64,000 nucleotides of DNA from an uncultured Spirochaetales bacterium (GCA_964485495.1 CAZAKE010000002.1:5419-69418), one strand, 5' to 3'; shown: positions 49,961 to 60,927, counted from the first letter of the stretch. Made by a program: numbers and translations. The notes: generated by a model from the sequence alone, not told the origin.

Positions 49961-50032
49961 TTGCTTATGTAATGGGATTCCGTACGCTCCGGTGTAGGGT
50001 TTCGATGGTCGATGCCGCTATCGGTTTGAGAG

Positions 50033-50707
50033 TCAGGACCTTCGCTTGAGGGAAAACGGAAGGTTTTCCAGGATGGAACTGCGGGAACCATGCTTCTGCC
50101 ACCGGCCGATTCCGTTCATCTCCGACATGTCCCGAACGATGTATTCTGCAAATTCTTCGGGATACGGTGTGTTGGATTCATATCCGAGCAGCTTGACCCG
50201 TTCGTTCTGGTAGAAGACGAAGAGGGAACTGACGAAATCATGTAGGCAGCCGTAGACCGCGGCACTCACCGGCGGTAATGCGTCCGTACCTCCCTTGTAG
50301 AGGATAAATACCAGCCTGCCGTTGCCGCGTTTTTGGAAGAAACTGAGTATCTCCTTTACCAGGAAGAAGTGACTCTTGATTTCAGTATCGATGGATGTGT
50401 CGATGGCTGATGACGGAACCTCGTGAAAGGGCCGGTTGTCTACGGAGGTAGGGAGAACAACGAGGGCCGTATCGACTTCGCTCTTCTCGTTTATCAACTT
50501 CAAGACGACGTTCCTTGCCGAAAGGGGGGAGCGGGAATTCCACGATATGCCGCGGAATTTGGCGTATGGGTTTCCGTCGGAATCGACGAGAGGGATGGAA
50601 TCGTTTGATTCGGTCGAGGTCACGGATAGGCCTTGATCCAGCAGCTTTCTGACGATCAACGCACCCAATTCGGATTCCCTGCCGGTAATCAATAATCTCC
50701 CATTCAT
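50033..50707 (-). CDS. NAD(P)-binding Rossmann-fold protein, atypical SDR-like
   Basis: N-terminal LLITGRESELG glycine-rich turn. Weak family match. ORF opens at 50803. Confidence 0.4.
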   Translation of the reverse strand: MNGRLLITGRESELGALIVRKLLDQGLSVTSTESNDSIPLVDSDGNPYAKFRGISWNSRSPLSARNVVLKLINEKSEVDTALVVLPTSVDNRPFHEVPSSAIDTSIDTEIKSHFFLVKEILSFFQKRGNGRLVFILYKGGTDALPPVSAAVYGCLHDFVSSLFVFYQNERVKLLGYESNTPYPEEFAEYIVRDMSEMNGIGRWQKHGSRSSILENLPFSLKRRS

Positions 50708-50927
50708 CAGGGGCCATAGTATGGTGCAATCAGAACGGCTGTCAACATAGTCGAGTACCAAAGCAATTCCAAATTGGAAGCATAATTGGAGGCAATATTT
50801 CATTCCAACGTAATTCGTATGGTTTTTCGACGTGCCTTAGTATGAGTTTTTCGTTGAGTTGCAGTGAAAACCTTGAATTCCTCTTGATTCTATCTATTTC
50901 CGTGATATATGGTTTCCTGTATGGGGG

Positions 50928-52463
50928 ATGACGATGAGGAGCGGGGAAGAGATGTTCCGGGACTTCTTCCAGAAGAACGCCAAAGGACTCCTCGCTCTCT
51001 CCTATCATTATCTTACACTCGAAGATGATGAGGACCATCTTACACGCCCCTTTATCGGGCGCTACGGTCTGGAAGCGACGAAGATGGAGGAGCTTCTGGA
51101 CGCCTACGGCGCACATAAGAACGAGTCTTGGTATCCCTTTCGTCGACAGGTCGCCGCCGCGAAGCGGTTCTCTCAGGTCGGATACGACCTGCTCCATATC
51201 CTCTATGCGAGTCCCGAATACAAGCTTCTCACCATAGGACGGGATCTTCAAGCGGACACACAGAAGATCCTCGATATTCTCTGTGTCGTGATCCGTACAA
51301 TCGCGCAGAATCTGTTGAAGAGCGCCGCCGACTGTAAACTCGAGGTAATCGAGCACATCGACGATACGTTTTTCGAAGAACATCTCCCTCCCGGTTGTCT
51401 CCTGAACAACCGGGCACTCCGTGACGTGGCATCGCCGGGGAAGACCGTGGCACAACTTTCGACCGCGTTCCTCAACCTCGCAGAGGAGGGGGATGTCTTG
51501 GCGGTATTCGAACGGGTGGACGAATGTGAATTCTCCTCCTGTTTCCCCGATGTGTTGAGTGAGGAAAAGCTGAGGCTGCTGGAAAACCAGTTCCACAATC
51601 TACAGTCTCTGTACGACACACATATCTCGGATTCCAATATCGAGAGTAAGGATACGAATCTGCCGATCCTGAGGGGTCACGTTTCGATCATCTATCACCT
51701 ATTGGAGATCGCTACGAGTCTTGCGCATTTCTATGAACGGCACATGCTGGGAAGATCTCATGAAGAAACCCGATCTTTGCCGATAGATGCAAAAACGCTT
51801 CTTCATATCCTAATGAACTATACCATCGCCTATTCTCACTATTATCTGCAGTCCGCGAAGAAACTCTGCCATGCCATGCTTAAGGAGTATGCGGAACAGG
51901 GAAGAATAGAGGTGCCTGTCCCACCGTATCGGGGTTTCCATGTTCGGCCATCTACCCTGATCGCCAAGATCATCTTGCATTACGGCAGCGAGGTGCTGAT
52001 GGAGTTGGACGGCAAAGTGTACGATGCCGCGCGACCGCTGGAACTCTTTCGGGTGAACGAGGAGATCAACGCGCAGAAACGGAAGGTGATCGCAGCGAAG
52101 ATCGATACGCTACCAGAGGTGAGAGAGGAGAATCTGAAGTCTTTAGACGATATGAGGGCGGCCCTTCGGGGCATCATACTCGATCTACTCGAGCAGAAGG
52201 AGTTGATTCTCTACGAAAGCAACTTTTCCTTCGATGAGCTACACCTGATCGAAGGAGAAACGCTGGCCGAATTCGCGAAACGTGGTATCGCGCATTGTCT
52301 CGCATTGGGCCGCATCGATATAGAAACGGATATCAGGGTCGCATTTATCGGCGACAAGCGGGTCCTGCGGGACATTCAGATTCTCGTCGACAACGGGTAT
52401 GGTGAGGACAAATACGGTAATAATATCATGCTTCCACCGGAGCTCTCCTATCTAAAGCGATAG
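50928..52463 (+). CDS. hypothetical protein with embedded HPr-like phosphocarrier domain (residues about 327-410)
   Basis: IEVPVPPYRGFHVRPSTLIAKII...DGKVYDAARPLELFRV aligns with HPr EVTITAPNGLHTRPAAQFV...NGKSANAKSLFKL, including the His15 equivalent. Flanking 320-aa N-terminal and 100-aa C-terminal regions are unassigned. Confidence 0.5.
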   Translation: MTMRSGEEMFRDFFQKNAKGLLALSYHYLTLEDDEDHLTRPFIGRYGLEATKMEELLDAYGAHKNESWYPFRRQVAAAKRFSQVGYDLLHILYASPEYKLLTIGRDLQADTQKILDILCVVIRTIAQNLLKSAADCKLEVIEHIDDTFFEEHLPPGCLLNNRALRDVASPGKTVAQLSTAFLNLAEEGDVLAVFERVDECEFSSCFPDVLSEEKLRLLENQFHNLQSLYDTHISDSNIESKDTNLPILRGHVSIIYHLLEIATSLAHFYERHMLGRSHEETRSLPIDAKTLLHILMNYTIAYSHYYLQSAKKLCHAMLKEYAEQGRIEVPVPPYRGFHVRPSTLIAKIILHYGSEVLMELDGKVYDAARPLELFRVNEEINAQKRKVIAAKIDTLPEVREENLKSLDDMRAALRGIILDLLEQKELILYESNFSFDELHLIEGETLAEFAKRGIAHCLALGRIDIETDIRVAFIGDKRVLRDIQILVDNGYGEDKYGNNIMLPPELSYLKR

Positions 52464-52606
52464 CCGTACATATCGACAACGCCATCTTCTATCGGCTCCC
52501 GGCCGCCATCGTGGTTACTCCGTTCCATCGAGCCCGGCTGTTCTTGTCAGATTTCCATTGACAACTTCTCCCATCAGCGCGTAAGCTATTCCATAGAAGG
52601 AATGGT

Positions 52607-54124
52607 ATGAATTCACACAATCGGAGCATGCGAGGGGTGGTTATCCTTGCACTTTTTCTCGTTTCCTTTCTCACCACGTTTTCCCAGTCGGTTGGGGATG
52701 AGTCTCGGGTGAACGGCAGGACGGGACCGGTATACGTAATTCCCATCAAGGGGGATATCGAACCGTCTCGGCTCGTGTTCACCAGGCGGGGCATCCGCGA
52801 GGCCGAAGCCGCCGGAGCCGAGACCATCGTATTCGAGATCAATACCTTCGGCGGACGCGTCGATACGGCTCTGCAGATCGCAACCCTCATAGGTTCGGTC
52901 CGTTCGGCGGAAACCGTCGCGTATATTCCGGCCTTTTCTGAGGGAACCGGCGTGAGTTGGTCGGCCGGAGCGCTTATCTCCTTCGCATGTGGCGCCATCT
53001 ACATGGACGCCGGTACTTCCATCGGCGCCGCAGCCCCGGTGTATCAGTCACCGGAAGGCATGCAGATGGCCGAAGAGAAGACCGTGAGTGCCGTTCGTGG
53101 GCAGCTGGCGGCGTTGGCGGAGAAGAACGGCTACCCCATCGGTGTTGCCCTTGCCATGGTGGACAAAGACGCGGAGCTCATCGAGGTGATCGTCGGTGAA
53201 GATTCTATTCCGATGTTGGCCGATGAGTACGAAGAGTACCAGGTACAGGCCGAAGAGGATGGAGTCGAGGTTCGTCAGGGGAGGGTAATCTGCCCAGCAG
53301 GCAAGCTGCTGACCCTGACGGCCGGAGAGATGGAAAAGTACGGGATTTCATCTGGGACCGTACGCGACCGCGATGCGATGTTGGAAGATCTCGGTTTTTC
53401 GGGGGTAGCGGCGGTAGTCTTGAACGAATCCTTGCCCGACAGGCTTGTGGCCTTCATCACCGGTTCGGTGGTTTCGAGTCTGCTGCTCCTTGCCGGCCTC
53501 GTGGCGCTGTACATCGAGGTGACGAGTCCCGGGTTCGGTGTACCCGGAACGGTTGCAATTATCTGTTTTACCGTGAATTTCTTAGGGGGGACGCTTCTCG
53601 GTACTGTCGGGTCTGTCGAACTCCTCCTGTTCCTGCTCGGTATCGTCCTGTTGGCCGTGGAGGTGTTTCTCATACCCGGATTCGGGGTTGTCGGAATATC
53701 CGGAGTCGTCTCGATGCTCGTTGCATTGGTGCTGGCACGGCAGGATTTCATACTTCCCGAGGTTCCCTGGCAGTGGGACATCATGCAGCGGAATATCATG
53801 GTGGTAGGTGGAAGCCTCCTGGGGTCGATGGCCGCCGTGGCGGTGTTGATTGCGATTCTCCCGCGTACCGTGGTACTCAATCCGTTGGTTCTGAACTCGA
53901 GCCAGACACAGGAACTCGGATATCAGGTTAAGGTACTTATCTCACAAGAACCACTGGTCGGCAAGCGAGGATTGACGGAGACCCCGCTCAGGCCTGTGGG
54001 TAAGGCTGTCATCGACGGTGTGTCCCAGGTCGTCGAGAGTGACGGTGCATGGCTCGGTGTCGATATGGAGATCGAGGTAGTGGAGGTGATCGGGAACCGG
54101 ATACTCGTGAGAGAGGTCACCTGA
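52607..54124 (+). CDS. NfeD-family membrane-bound ClpP-class serine protease (long form)
   Basis: Signal/TM, ClpP-like domain (IVFEINTFGGRVD ... SWSAGALISFAC), multi-TM block, C-terminal OB domain. Confidence 0.75.
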   Translation: MNSHNRSMRGVVILALFLVSFLTTFSQSVGDESRVNGRTGPVYVIPIKGDIEPSRLVFTRRGIREAEAAGAETIVFEINTFGGRVDTALQIATLIGSVRSAETVAYIPAFSEGTGVSWSAGALISFACGAIYMDAGTSIGAAAPVYQSPEGMQMAEEKTVSAVRGQLAALAEKNGYPIGVALAMVDKDAELIEVIVGEDSIPMLADEYEEYQVQAEEDGVEVRQGRVICPAGKLLTLTAGEMEKYGISSGTVRDRDAMLEDLGFSGVAAVVLNESLPDRLVAFITGSVVSSLLLLAGLVALYIEVTSPGFGVPGTVAIICFTVNFLGGTLLGTVGSVELLLFLLGIVLLAVEVFLIPGFGVVGISGVVSMLVALVLARQDFILPEVPWQWDIMQRNIMVVGGSLLGSMAAVAVLIAILPRTVVLNPLVLNSSQTQELGYQVKVLISQEPLVGKRGLTETPLRPVGKAVIDGVSQVVESDGAWLGVDMEIEVVEVIGNRILVREVT

Positions 54125-54187
54125 CGGCGACGATTTCTCATAGGGGGCGCGTGGTGTGGTGGTTTCGAAGATGGGGGTATTGAGTAG

Positions 54188-54697
54188 ATGTTGATCCCGA
54201 TAGGGTTGTTTCTGGCGGGGGTCCTCGGAATTATCATCGAGTTTTTCGTACCCACCGCGGGAATACTCGGTGTTTTCGGGGGCGGTGTGATCGTCTGGAG
54301 CGTGGTGATGGTCTACCGCGAGTTCGGCACCGCCTACGGGATGGTGTTCCTGGGCATCGCCATCGTGACCGCCCCCGTTCTTATATTTTTTTATTTCAAG
54401 GTATTCCCTAAGAGCATCGTCGGCAGACGCCTCATCCTGCAGGGGAAACAGTCGATTGAGAGTGGGTATAACAGCGTTCCGGAGCGGACACTGCCGAGCG
54501 TGGGTGACGTCGGAAGGTGCATCTCGGCCCTTAGACCTTCAGGATCGGTTCAGTTCGAGTGCGGTAATCTCAGCGCCATCACGCAAGGCGAGTTTATTGA
54601 AACCGGACAGAGAGTAGTTGTGACCAAGATCGAAGGAAATAGAATACACGTCGGTCGGAAAACCGGCGAGGATACTCCCAAGGAGGAGAATGCATGA
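54188..54697 (+). CDS. NfeD-like short-form protein (TM plus OB-fold)
   Basis: Three TM helices then a beta-rich C-terminus. 4-bp overlap with floA. Confidence 0.65.
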   Translation: MLIPIGLFLAGVLGIIIEFFVPTAGILGVFGGGVIVWSVVMVYREFGTAYGMVFLGIAIVTAPVLIFFYFKVFPKSIVGRRLILQGKQSIESGYNSVPERTLPSVGDVGRCISALRPSGSVQFECGNLSAITQGEFIETGQRVVVTKIEGNRIHVGRKTGEDTPKEENA

Positions 54698-55692
54698 TTA
54701 TTGTCGTGTACGTACTGATCGGTATCATAAGTCTCGTATTCATTGCCATTTTTCTGAAGTTTTTCAGCCTGTGGTTTCGAGCACTGCTCTCGGGCGCACA
54801 CATCAGGATGGGTCGGTTGATCGGCATGTGGATCAGGCGGGTCAAGATGTCGGTGATCGTCGAGAGCAGGATCATGCTCACAAAGGCGGGGATGGATACC
54901 GATTCGGATCTTCTGGAGACCCACTATCTGGCGGGTGGCGATGTGATCCGGGTCAGCAAAGCCCTCATCGCGGCCAATAAGGCCAACATCCCGCTCACCT
55001 TCGAGAAGGCGGCAGCCATCGACCTGGCGGGTCGGGATGTCCTGGACGCGGTGAAGACGAGTGTAAATCCGAAGGTGATCGATTGTCCCGACCCCGAGAA
55101 GGGCAGATCCACCATCGATGCGGTTGCGAAGGATGGAATCCAGCTCAGGGCGAAGGCGAGGGTGACGGTTCGTGCCAACATCGAGCGTCTCGTCGGCGGG
55201 GCGACCGAGGAGACTATCATCGCCCGGGTGGGCGAAGGGATCGTCACTACAATCGGATCGTCGGCTACCTACAAGAACGTCCTGGAGAACCCGGATCAGA
55301 TCTCAAAGACGGTGCTCATGAAGGGTCTGGATGCGGGCACCGCGTTCGAGATCCTCTCTATCGACATCGCCGACGTCGATGTCGGCGCGAATATCGGTGC
55401 GAAATTGCAGGCCGATCAGGCGGAAGCGGACAAGAGACGGTTCCAGGCCGTTGCCGAACAGCGGCGAGCGGCAGCCATCGCCCTGGAGCAGGAGAACAAG
55501 GCGACTGTGATGGAGAACCGTGCGAAGGTCGTACTTGCCGAGGCTGAGATACCGAAGGCCATGGCCGAGGCGTTCAGATCTGGAAATCTCGGGGTGATGG
55601 ATTACTACAGGATGCGGAATGTCCAGGCCGATACCGGAATGCGCGAGAGTATCGGTGGAGAGTCTGGTTCCGACAGCGAGCGGAAGGAGTAG
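54694..55692 (+). CDS. floA: flotillin-like protein FloA (SPFH family, YqfA-type)
   Basis: 332 aa, N-terminal TM, SPFH core, Ala/Glu-rich C-terminus. Sits after NfeD-like genes as in Bacillus yqeZ-yqfA. Confidence 0.8.
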   Translation: MIIVVYVLIGIISLVFIAIFLKFFSLWFRALLSGAHIRMGRLIGMWIRRVKMSVIVESRIMLTKAGMDTDSDLLETHYLAGGDVIRVSKALIAANKANIPLTFEKAAAIDLAGRDVLDAVKTSVNPKVIDCPDPEKGRSTIDAVAKDGIQLRAKARVTVRANIERLVGGATEETIIARVGEGIVTTIGSSATYKNVLENPDQISKTVLMKGLDAGTAFEILSIDIADVDVGANIGAKLQADQAEADKRRFQAVAEQRRAAAIALEQENKATVMENRAKVVLAEAEIPKAMAEAFRSGNLGVMDYYRMRNVQADTGMRESIGGESGSDSERKE

Positions 55693-55698
55693 CATTTC

Positions 55699-56196
55699 AT
55701 GCCCGGAACCCTCTTCGATGGATTGTTCACCCTCTTCGCGGCACTGGTTTTTATCGGTATTCCGCTTTTGATCCGCTGGGGAATACGGCGGAGAATGAAG
55801 AAACGGAGACTAAGTGCCCGGGAAGATGAACCGCGGAAGCTGCGGTTCCGGTCAGATGTCAAGAAAGTTTCGCCGAACACAGATGTGGTACCGTCTCAAG
55901 ACACCCCCGTCTCGGAGAAAGAGATCGGATACGGAAACGGCCTCCGGCGTGAGGTGCCCCTAAAGTATCTGGCTCCGACAGAAAACGGCTTGGACGGAAT
56001 CCGAGATTCGGGTGAGGAGTATTTACCTGACGAGAGGAGTCTCAATGTACTTCCGCCGAACATCATCGGCGGATCACTCAGTATCTCGCCACCTGCCGTC
56101 ATGAAAACCCGCAGCAGACTCTCGACACTGCCGCCGTTAAAGGCGGCAGTGGTCTGGCGCGAGATCCTTGGTCCGCCAAAGGGGCTCGATCCCTGA
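55699..56196 (+). CDS. hypothetical single-pass membrane protein
   Basis: N-terminal TM helix then a basic and Pro-rich region. Last gene of the NfeD-FloA operon. Confidence 0.4.
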   Translation: MPGTLFDGLFTLFAALVFIGIPLLIRWGIRRRMKKRRLSAREDEPRKLRFRSDVKKVSPNTDVVPSQDTPVSEKEIGYGNGLRREVPLKYLAPTENGLDGIRDSGEEYLPDERSLNVLPPNIIGGSLSISPPAVMKTRSRLSTLPPLKAAVVWREILGPPKGLDP

Positions 56197-56226
56197 GCGA
56201 ATTATCATCTGGTCGGCGTCGCTCGT

Positions 56227-56646
56227 CTAGAACCGGAATGCGATCAGTGGAAAGGCCGTAGTGGCGCTGTAGGTATAGGCGAGGCCTTGAGAGACTTCCC
56301 CGCTGGTGCCCGGATCCAGGGTATCACTCACGGCCAGCCAGATAGACAAACCGGCGGTGACATATCCCAATACTCTATGGACGATTCGCATGGCGTATTT
56401 GGCCTCCGCAGGCACGAACATGGTTACCGTACCGACTGCGGCGTTGGCACCCAGAGCGGCGATGTTGCTGACGGCTGCGGCTTTGGTGACGCCGTTCTCG
56501 GCCTGGGTCAGTGTCGTGATAGATGCCGCGATGCCGACTCCTTCCATCAGCGGAAGCATCACGATATGCTCCACAAGGGGATTGGCGCAGGCGATTCCAC
56601 CTCCTACCAGCACGAGTACGATTAAGCAGACTATACGTCTATCCAT
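56227..56646 (-). CDS. small hypothetical Ala/Gly-rich exported or membrane protein
   Basis: AAGGAGG RBS 8 nt before the ATG at 56646, signal peptide MDRRIVCLIVLVLVGGGIACA. The ORF track extends to 56847 without an RBS. Confidence 0.4.
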   Translation of the reverse strand: MDRRIVCLIVLVLVGGGIACANPLVEHIVMLPLMEGVGIAASITTLTQAENGVTKAAAVSNIAALGANAAVGTVTMFVPAEAKYAMRIVHRVLGYVTAGLSIWLAVSDTLDPGTSGEVSQGLAYTYSATTAFPLIAFRF

Positions 56647-56756
56647 CTTTTTCCTCCTTATTATGGTAAATTGTAGTGTACGAAATGTATCGGATTCTGA
56701 AAAGGCCGGCTGTATCGATTCTGATAACACTCGGAATTCGGGGATAGGGAGTATAT

Positions 56757-57599
56757 ATGAAATTGATCGGAGCTCATGTGAGTGCATCGGGGGGAGTCGA
56801 TAAGGCGCCCGAGAGGGCGAAGGAGATCGGTGCGGGGGGGTTCGCAATCTTCACCAAGAATCAGCGGCGTTGGGATGCCAAACCCCTCGACGAGTCAACC
56901 ATCACGGCGTTCAAGAAGGCGATGGATGAGTATGGGTTCGCTCCGCAGGCCGTGTTGCCGCACGACGGATATCTCATCAATCTGGGGCAACCGGATACCG
57001 CGAAACGGAAGAAATCCCTGAATGCGTTTCTGGATGAGGCCGAACGTGTTGCTGCACTGGGGTTGGAATACTTGAATTTTCACCCGGGTAGTCACCTCGG
57101 ACAGATATCCGAGGAGGAGTGTCTGATGATTATCGCCGATGGCATAAACGAGGTGCTGGATGCGGTCTCAGGAGTTACCCTCGTTGTCGAGACTACGGCG
57201 GGCATGGGGAACCATGTGGGATACCGGTTTGAGCACCTTGCGGCGTTACGTGACCTCTCCACACAGCCCGACCGTGTGGGTGCATGTATCGATACCTGTC
57301 ACATCTTCGCAGCCGGATACGATATTAGGACAAAAGAGGCCTATCTCGAGACGATGGAGGAATTTGACAGTATCGTCGGGCTGGAAAATCTGAAGGGTCT
57401 TCATCTGAACGATTCTAAGGGAGAGATTGGAGGCAATCTAGATCGACATGCGTCCCTCGGAGACGGTGTGCTGGGCTGGGAGCCGTTTCAATTTTTCATG
57501 GAGGATTCGCGGATTGCCGATATTCCGTGCGTGCTGGAGACTCCTGATACGAAAAGATGGGCCGAAGAGGTTAAGACTCTCTACTCATTTCTCCGATAA
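56757..57599 (+). CDS. nfo: deoxyribonuclease IV (endonuclease IV)
   Basis: Full-length TIM-barrel AP endonuclease 2 family (MKLIGAHVSASGG..., HPGSHLG, CIDTCHIFAAGYD, HLNDSK). Confidence 0.9.
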   Translation: MKLIGAHVSASGGVDKAPERAKEIGAGGFAIFTKNQRRWDAKPLDESTITAFKKAMDEYGFAPQAVLPHDGYLINLGQPDTAKRKKSLNAFLDEAERVAALGLEYLNFHPGSHLGQISEEECLMIIADGINEVLDAVSGVTLVVETTAGMGNHVGYRFEHLAALRDLSTQPDRVGACIDTCHIFAAGYDIRTKEAYLETMEEFDSIVGLENLKGLHLNDSKGEIGGNLDRHASLGDGVLGWEPFQFFMEDSRIADIPCVLETPDTKRWAEEVKTLYSFLR

Positions 57600-57605
57600 A
57601 GGAGT

Positions 57606-57797
57606 ATGGGATTATTGGTAAAGGCGGCTGATACCCGCGGGAATTCGCACAACAAGCGTATCCTTAAGGCGCTCCTTCGTCTGGAACCCGAGTATCTGGA
57701 ACATGTTGAGATAAAGATACCCGAATCCACCTACCGGCGAATGCTCCTTTCCGGTCTCTACATCGAAAATGGTTCCGAGCGCAGGATAGTCAGATAA
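57606..57797 (+). CDS. possible small ORF (63 aa) co-transcribed with nfo
   Basis: AAGGAG directly upstream, 6 bp after the nfo stop. No motif; could be non-coding. Confidence 0.25.
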   Translation: MGLLVKAADTRGNSHNKRILKALLRLEPEYLEHVEIKIPESTYRRMLLSGLYIENGSERRIVR

Positions 57798-57866
57798 AAT
57801 AGAGCTAAAATTATGGCGTTTTTCCGACGATAGCACCGTAAGAGTATCCGTACAGGAGTGAGTGAA

Positions 57867-58886
57867 TCAAGGTTCAGGATCGATCTCGATGATTGCAGCG
57901 ATTCCGTAATGATCCGATGGGAATACGCCGAAGGTCGGTCTGTCGAGTACGATGCGGGCATCACTCACTCGAATTCCGGTTCCCCTGACAAAGATATAAT
58001 CGATCCGCTCTTGGCGCGGTGTTCCGACCGGTTTCTGATACTTCGTAATGTTCGTATTCTGTTTTTCGTCCCACGTGTAGATACTGCGGCGTCGAATCGA
58101 CGCGAAGGCGTCATTAAAACCGCCGTCCGTGAGTATCGAGACCTCCGGTGATTCCGGGAGCGCGTGGAGCGATCCCATCAGGATGACGGGGGCGGCGCCT
58201 GCGACCTGGTTTATGAAATCCAGGGTCGTCGTGGCTTCGGTTATCCGAGTTTCGCGACCGTTTACGGCCGATTCGATTCGCTCGATGAGTACGTCACCCC
58301 CGGTCTTTCCGTCTGAATAGGCTTCCACGAGATTCTTGAGTGACTCTTCATCACCAAAATACGATTCGGTCCATTGAACGACGAATGCATACACGTCTCT
58401 TTCTGCCGCCTCGAGTCTGGCTGCGATGATCTGTGTGGCGGGACCGAACTGAAAGCTGACGAGGGTACCGGCGGATCCACCCGAGAGCTGTCTCCTATCT
58501 ATCAACTCCAGATCACCCTTCGAGAGTATGATGTCACCCTCGCGCAGATTGCCCGGAAGCCCCACCGGCCCGACTCTGACACCGGCTCGACTCACATGAG
58601 AGACTGAGTTCATGCCGAGGAATTCTGAAGCCTCTCTGTCGAACCGCGGAAGCGGATTGGCCTCCGAGATCCCCAAGAAATCCGGTGATAGTTCGGCCAA
58701 ATCTCGGAATATGAGTTCGAGACGGAAATCCCTGGTTCCCGGGGCTTCAAATTCCCCGGAGGTGAAGAATCCGTCGTATGTGAGACCGGACCATGCGTTG
58801 ATGTACACGACCGTAAACTGTTCGGCACCATGTACGACGGAAACTACTAACAGAACGATACCCAATAGATGGATGATTCTCTTCAT
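57867..58886 (-). CDS. secreted endonuclease/exonuclease/phosphatase (EEP) family protein
   Basis: Signal peptide. C-terminal RIDYIFV...SDHYGIAAIIEI is characteristic of the EEP fold. Confidence 0.75.
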   Translation of the reverse strand: MKRIIHLLGIVLLVVSVVHGAEQFTVVYINAWSGLTYDGFFTSGEFEAPGTRDFRLELIFRDLAELSPDFLGISEANPLPRFDREASEFLGMNSVSHVSRAGVRVGPVGLPGNLREGDIILSKGDLELIDRRQLSGGSAGTLVSFQFGPATQIIAARLEAAERDVYAFVVQWTESYFGDEESLKNLVEAYSDGKTGGDVLIERIESAVNGRETRITEATTTLDFINQVAGAAPVILMGSLHALPESPEVSILTDGGFNDAFASIRRRSIYTWDEKQNTNITKYQKPVGTPRQERIDYIFVRGTGIRVSDARIVLDRPTFGVFPSDHYGIAAIIEIDPEP

Positions 58887-59118
58887 TCGGCACTCCAGTT
58901 ATCGGCCGGTCGCCCACACTACTCAACGTGAGAGAACAAGTCTGAAATTCGGGTCTTTCCATGTCGTGGCATCATGTCCCGACACGATACAATGGACTAG
59001 ATCATACCTTTGTACAAAATACACAGGATAGGAGTATAGCACATTCCGGCTGAAGGTGGGAAACAGAAAAAATCTCAGCGAGGGTGGTATTTTCTGTATG
59101 TACGGGATCATGATGCCA

Positions 59119-60927
59119 TCAATCCCGATGATCCGACTCAGCTGCGAGATAGGTGTTGATCTGTTCGGCTACCTGTTCGGCCAGGTCTTCCGGGAGGCCT
59201 GTCCTCGTTGTCATCGCCTTGGGTTCCGCCGCGGCGAGGGCCGAGAGAGAACCGAACTCCTTGAGCAGGACTCTGCTCCGTTTCGGCCCGATTCCCGGCA
59301 CCTGTTCGAGAATCGATCTGTTGCCGTCCTTCTTGCGAAGTCGTTTGTTGTAATCGGTGGCGAACCTGTGGGTTTCATCGCGTACGTGCTGTAAGACCTT
59401 GAGTGCCGGCGATGTCTCCGGAAGCCGTATGGGGGTATTCCGACCCGGGAGCCATATCTCTTCGTGTTGCTTCGCAAGTCCGGCAACCGGCAGATCATCC
59501 AGACCCAGTGATGCCATGATGCCTTTGGCCGCCGAGACTTGTCCCCGGCCGCCGTCGATGAGTACCAGATCGGGTCGATCGAGGTCTTCATTCAGGATCC
59601 GTGAATATCGTCGGGCCACGACTTCGCGAACGGCCTCGAAGTCGTCGACCTTGCCTTGCAGGGATCGGAGTCGGTAGCGCCGGTATCCGGATTTATCGGG
59701 AATTCCGTTCGAGAAGGTCACCAGTGAGGCCACGGTGTGTGTGCCCTCCAGGTGGGCGATGTCGAAGCCTTCGATTCGTCGGGGTATGTTCGGTAAATCG
59801 AGGACGATTTTCAACTCCTCCAGCCCTTTGCCGTCTCCGAGTGATCTGACTCGCTTAATGAGGTCGAGTTTGCAGTTTTCCCCGGCCATCGCCATGATGG
59901 CTGCATGTCGTCCGCGCTGAGGATACTTGAGTCTGACTTGGGTGAAGCCGTGCTTGCGGAAGTATTCCTCGTATAGATCGTCGTCGACGGGTTCGGAGAG
60001 GTATACAGTCCTGGGAGGAGTCCGATTTGTGCCATAGTACTGAATCAGAAACTGTGCCATCGCCTCTTCGGTACTTTCGAAGATCTCCTCTCGGTAGAGC
60101 TCCTGTCCGGTTATCTTCCCGCTCCTCATTCCCAGGACGGAGAACGTACATAGGTGTTCTTCCATCGAGCAGGCGATATAATCCCGGTCTTGGTCGTCGA
60201 AATCCACGACTCGCTGTTCGGTGGTGATGTCTCGGATCGAGGCGATGGTGTCCCTGAGTTCGGCGGCCTTTTCGAAGTTCAAGGCCGTGGCCGCCTGTCG
60301 CATCTCTCTCTCCAGTTTCGTGAGTAATCCGTCTGCCTTGCCTGATAACAGGTCTGCGATCCGTTCGATGTTTTCGGTGTATTCCTCCTCGCCGATCAAT
60401 CGGCAGCATGGTGCCGCACAACGGTGAATATGGTAGTACAGACAGGGTGAGACCCGTTCCTTGAGTTTTCCCCGGCATTTTCGGGTCGGAAAGAGCCGTT
60501 CGATCAACTCCAAGTACGTATCGATCTTGATGACGCTCGGGAACGGTCCGAAGTATCTCGAACCATCCCGGATTACCCGTCTAGTGCGGAAGACTCGGGG
60601 GAATTCCTCGTTGGTTATTTTGATGACCGGGTAGGACTTGCCGTCCTTCAGGTTGATGTTGTAGCGGGGACTGTGCTTCTTGATGAGGGTATTCTCGAGG
60701 AGCAACGCCTCGTATTCCGTTTCGGTGACGATATACTCCAGCGAATCGATATGGTTGACCAGGACCCGGGTTTTTCGATCTTTGCCGGCATTGAAGTAGG
60801 ACGCAACCCGTTTCCGAAGACTCTTCGCCTTACCGACATAGATGACGGTTCCGTCCTTGTCGCGCATGATATAGACTCCGTCTCGATCCGGAAACTCTCT
60901 GGCGTCTTCCTTCAAGGCTTCATACAT
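59119..60927 (-). CDS. uvrC: excinuclease ABC subunit C
   Basis: GIY-YIG N-terminus (GVYIMRDKDGTVIYVGKAKSLRKR), UvrBC motif, Cys cluster, RNase-H-like domain and C-terminal HhH2. Confidence 0.9.
   Translation of the reverse strand: MYEALKEDAREFPDRDGVYIMRDKDGTVIYVGKAKSLRKRVASYFNAGKDRKTRVLVNHIDSLEYIVTETEYEALLLENTLIKKHSPRYNINLKDGKSYPVIKITNEEFPRVFRTRRVIRDGSRYFGPFPSVIKIDTYLELIERLFPTRKCRGKLKERVSPCLYYHIHRCAAPCCRLIGEEEYTENIERIADLLSGKADGLLTKLEREMRQAATALNFEKAAELRDTIASIRDITTEQRVVDFDDQDRDYIACSMEEHLCTFSVLGMRSGKITGQELYREEIFESTEEAMAQFLIQYYGTNRTPPRTVYLSEPVDDDLYEEYFRKHGFTQVRLKYPQRGRHAAIMAMAGENCKLDLIKRVRSLGDGKGLEELKIVLDLPNIPRRIEGFDIAHLEGTHTVASLVTFSNGIPDKSGYRRYRLRSLQGKVDDFEAVREVVARRYSRILNEDLDRPDLVLIDGGRGQVSAAKGIMASLGLDDLPVAGLAKQHEEIWLPGRNTPIRLPETSPALKVLQHVRDETHRFATDYNKRLRKKDGNRSILEQVPGIGPKRSRVLLKEFGSLSALAAAEPKAMTTRTGLPEDLAEQVAEQINTYLAAESDHRD

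Noticed and set aside
56287-56803. two overlapping plus-strand ORFs (112 and 165 aa)
   Set aside because: Antisense to the small exported protein gene, which has a strong AAGGAGG RBS, and they run into nfo. No RBS or motifs.
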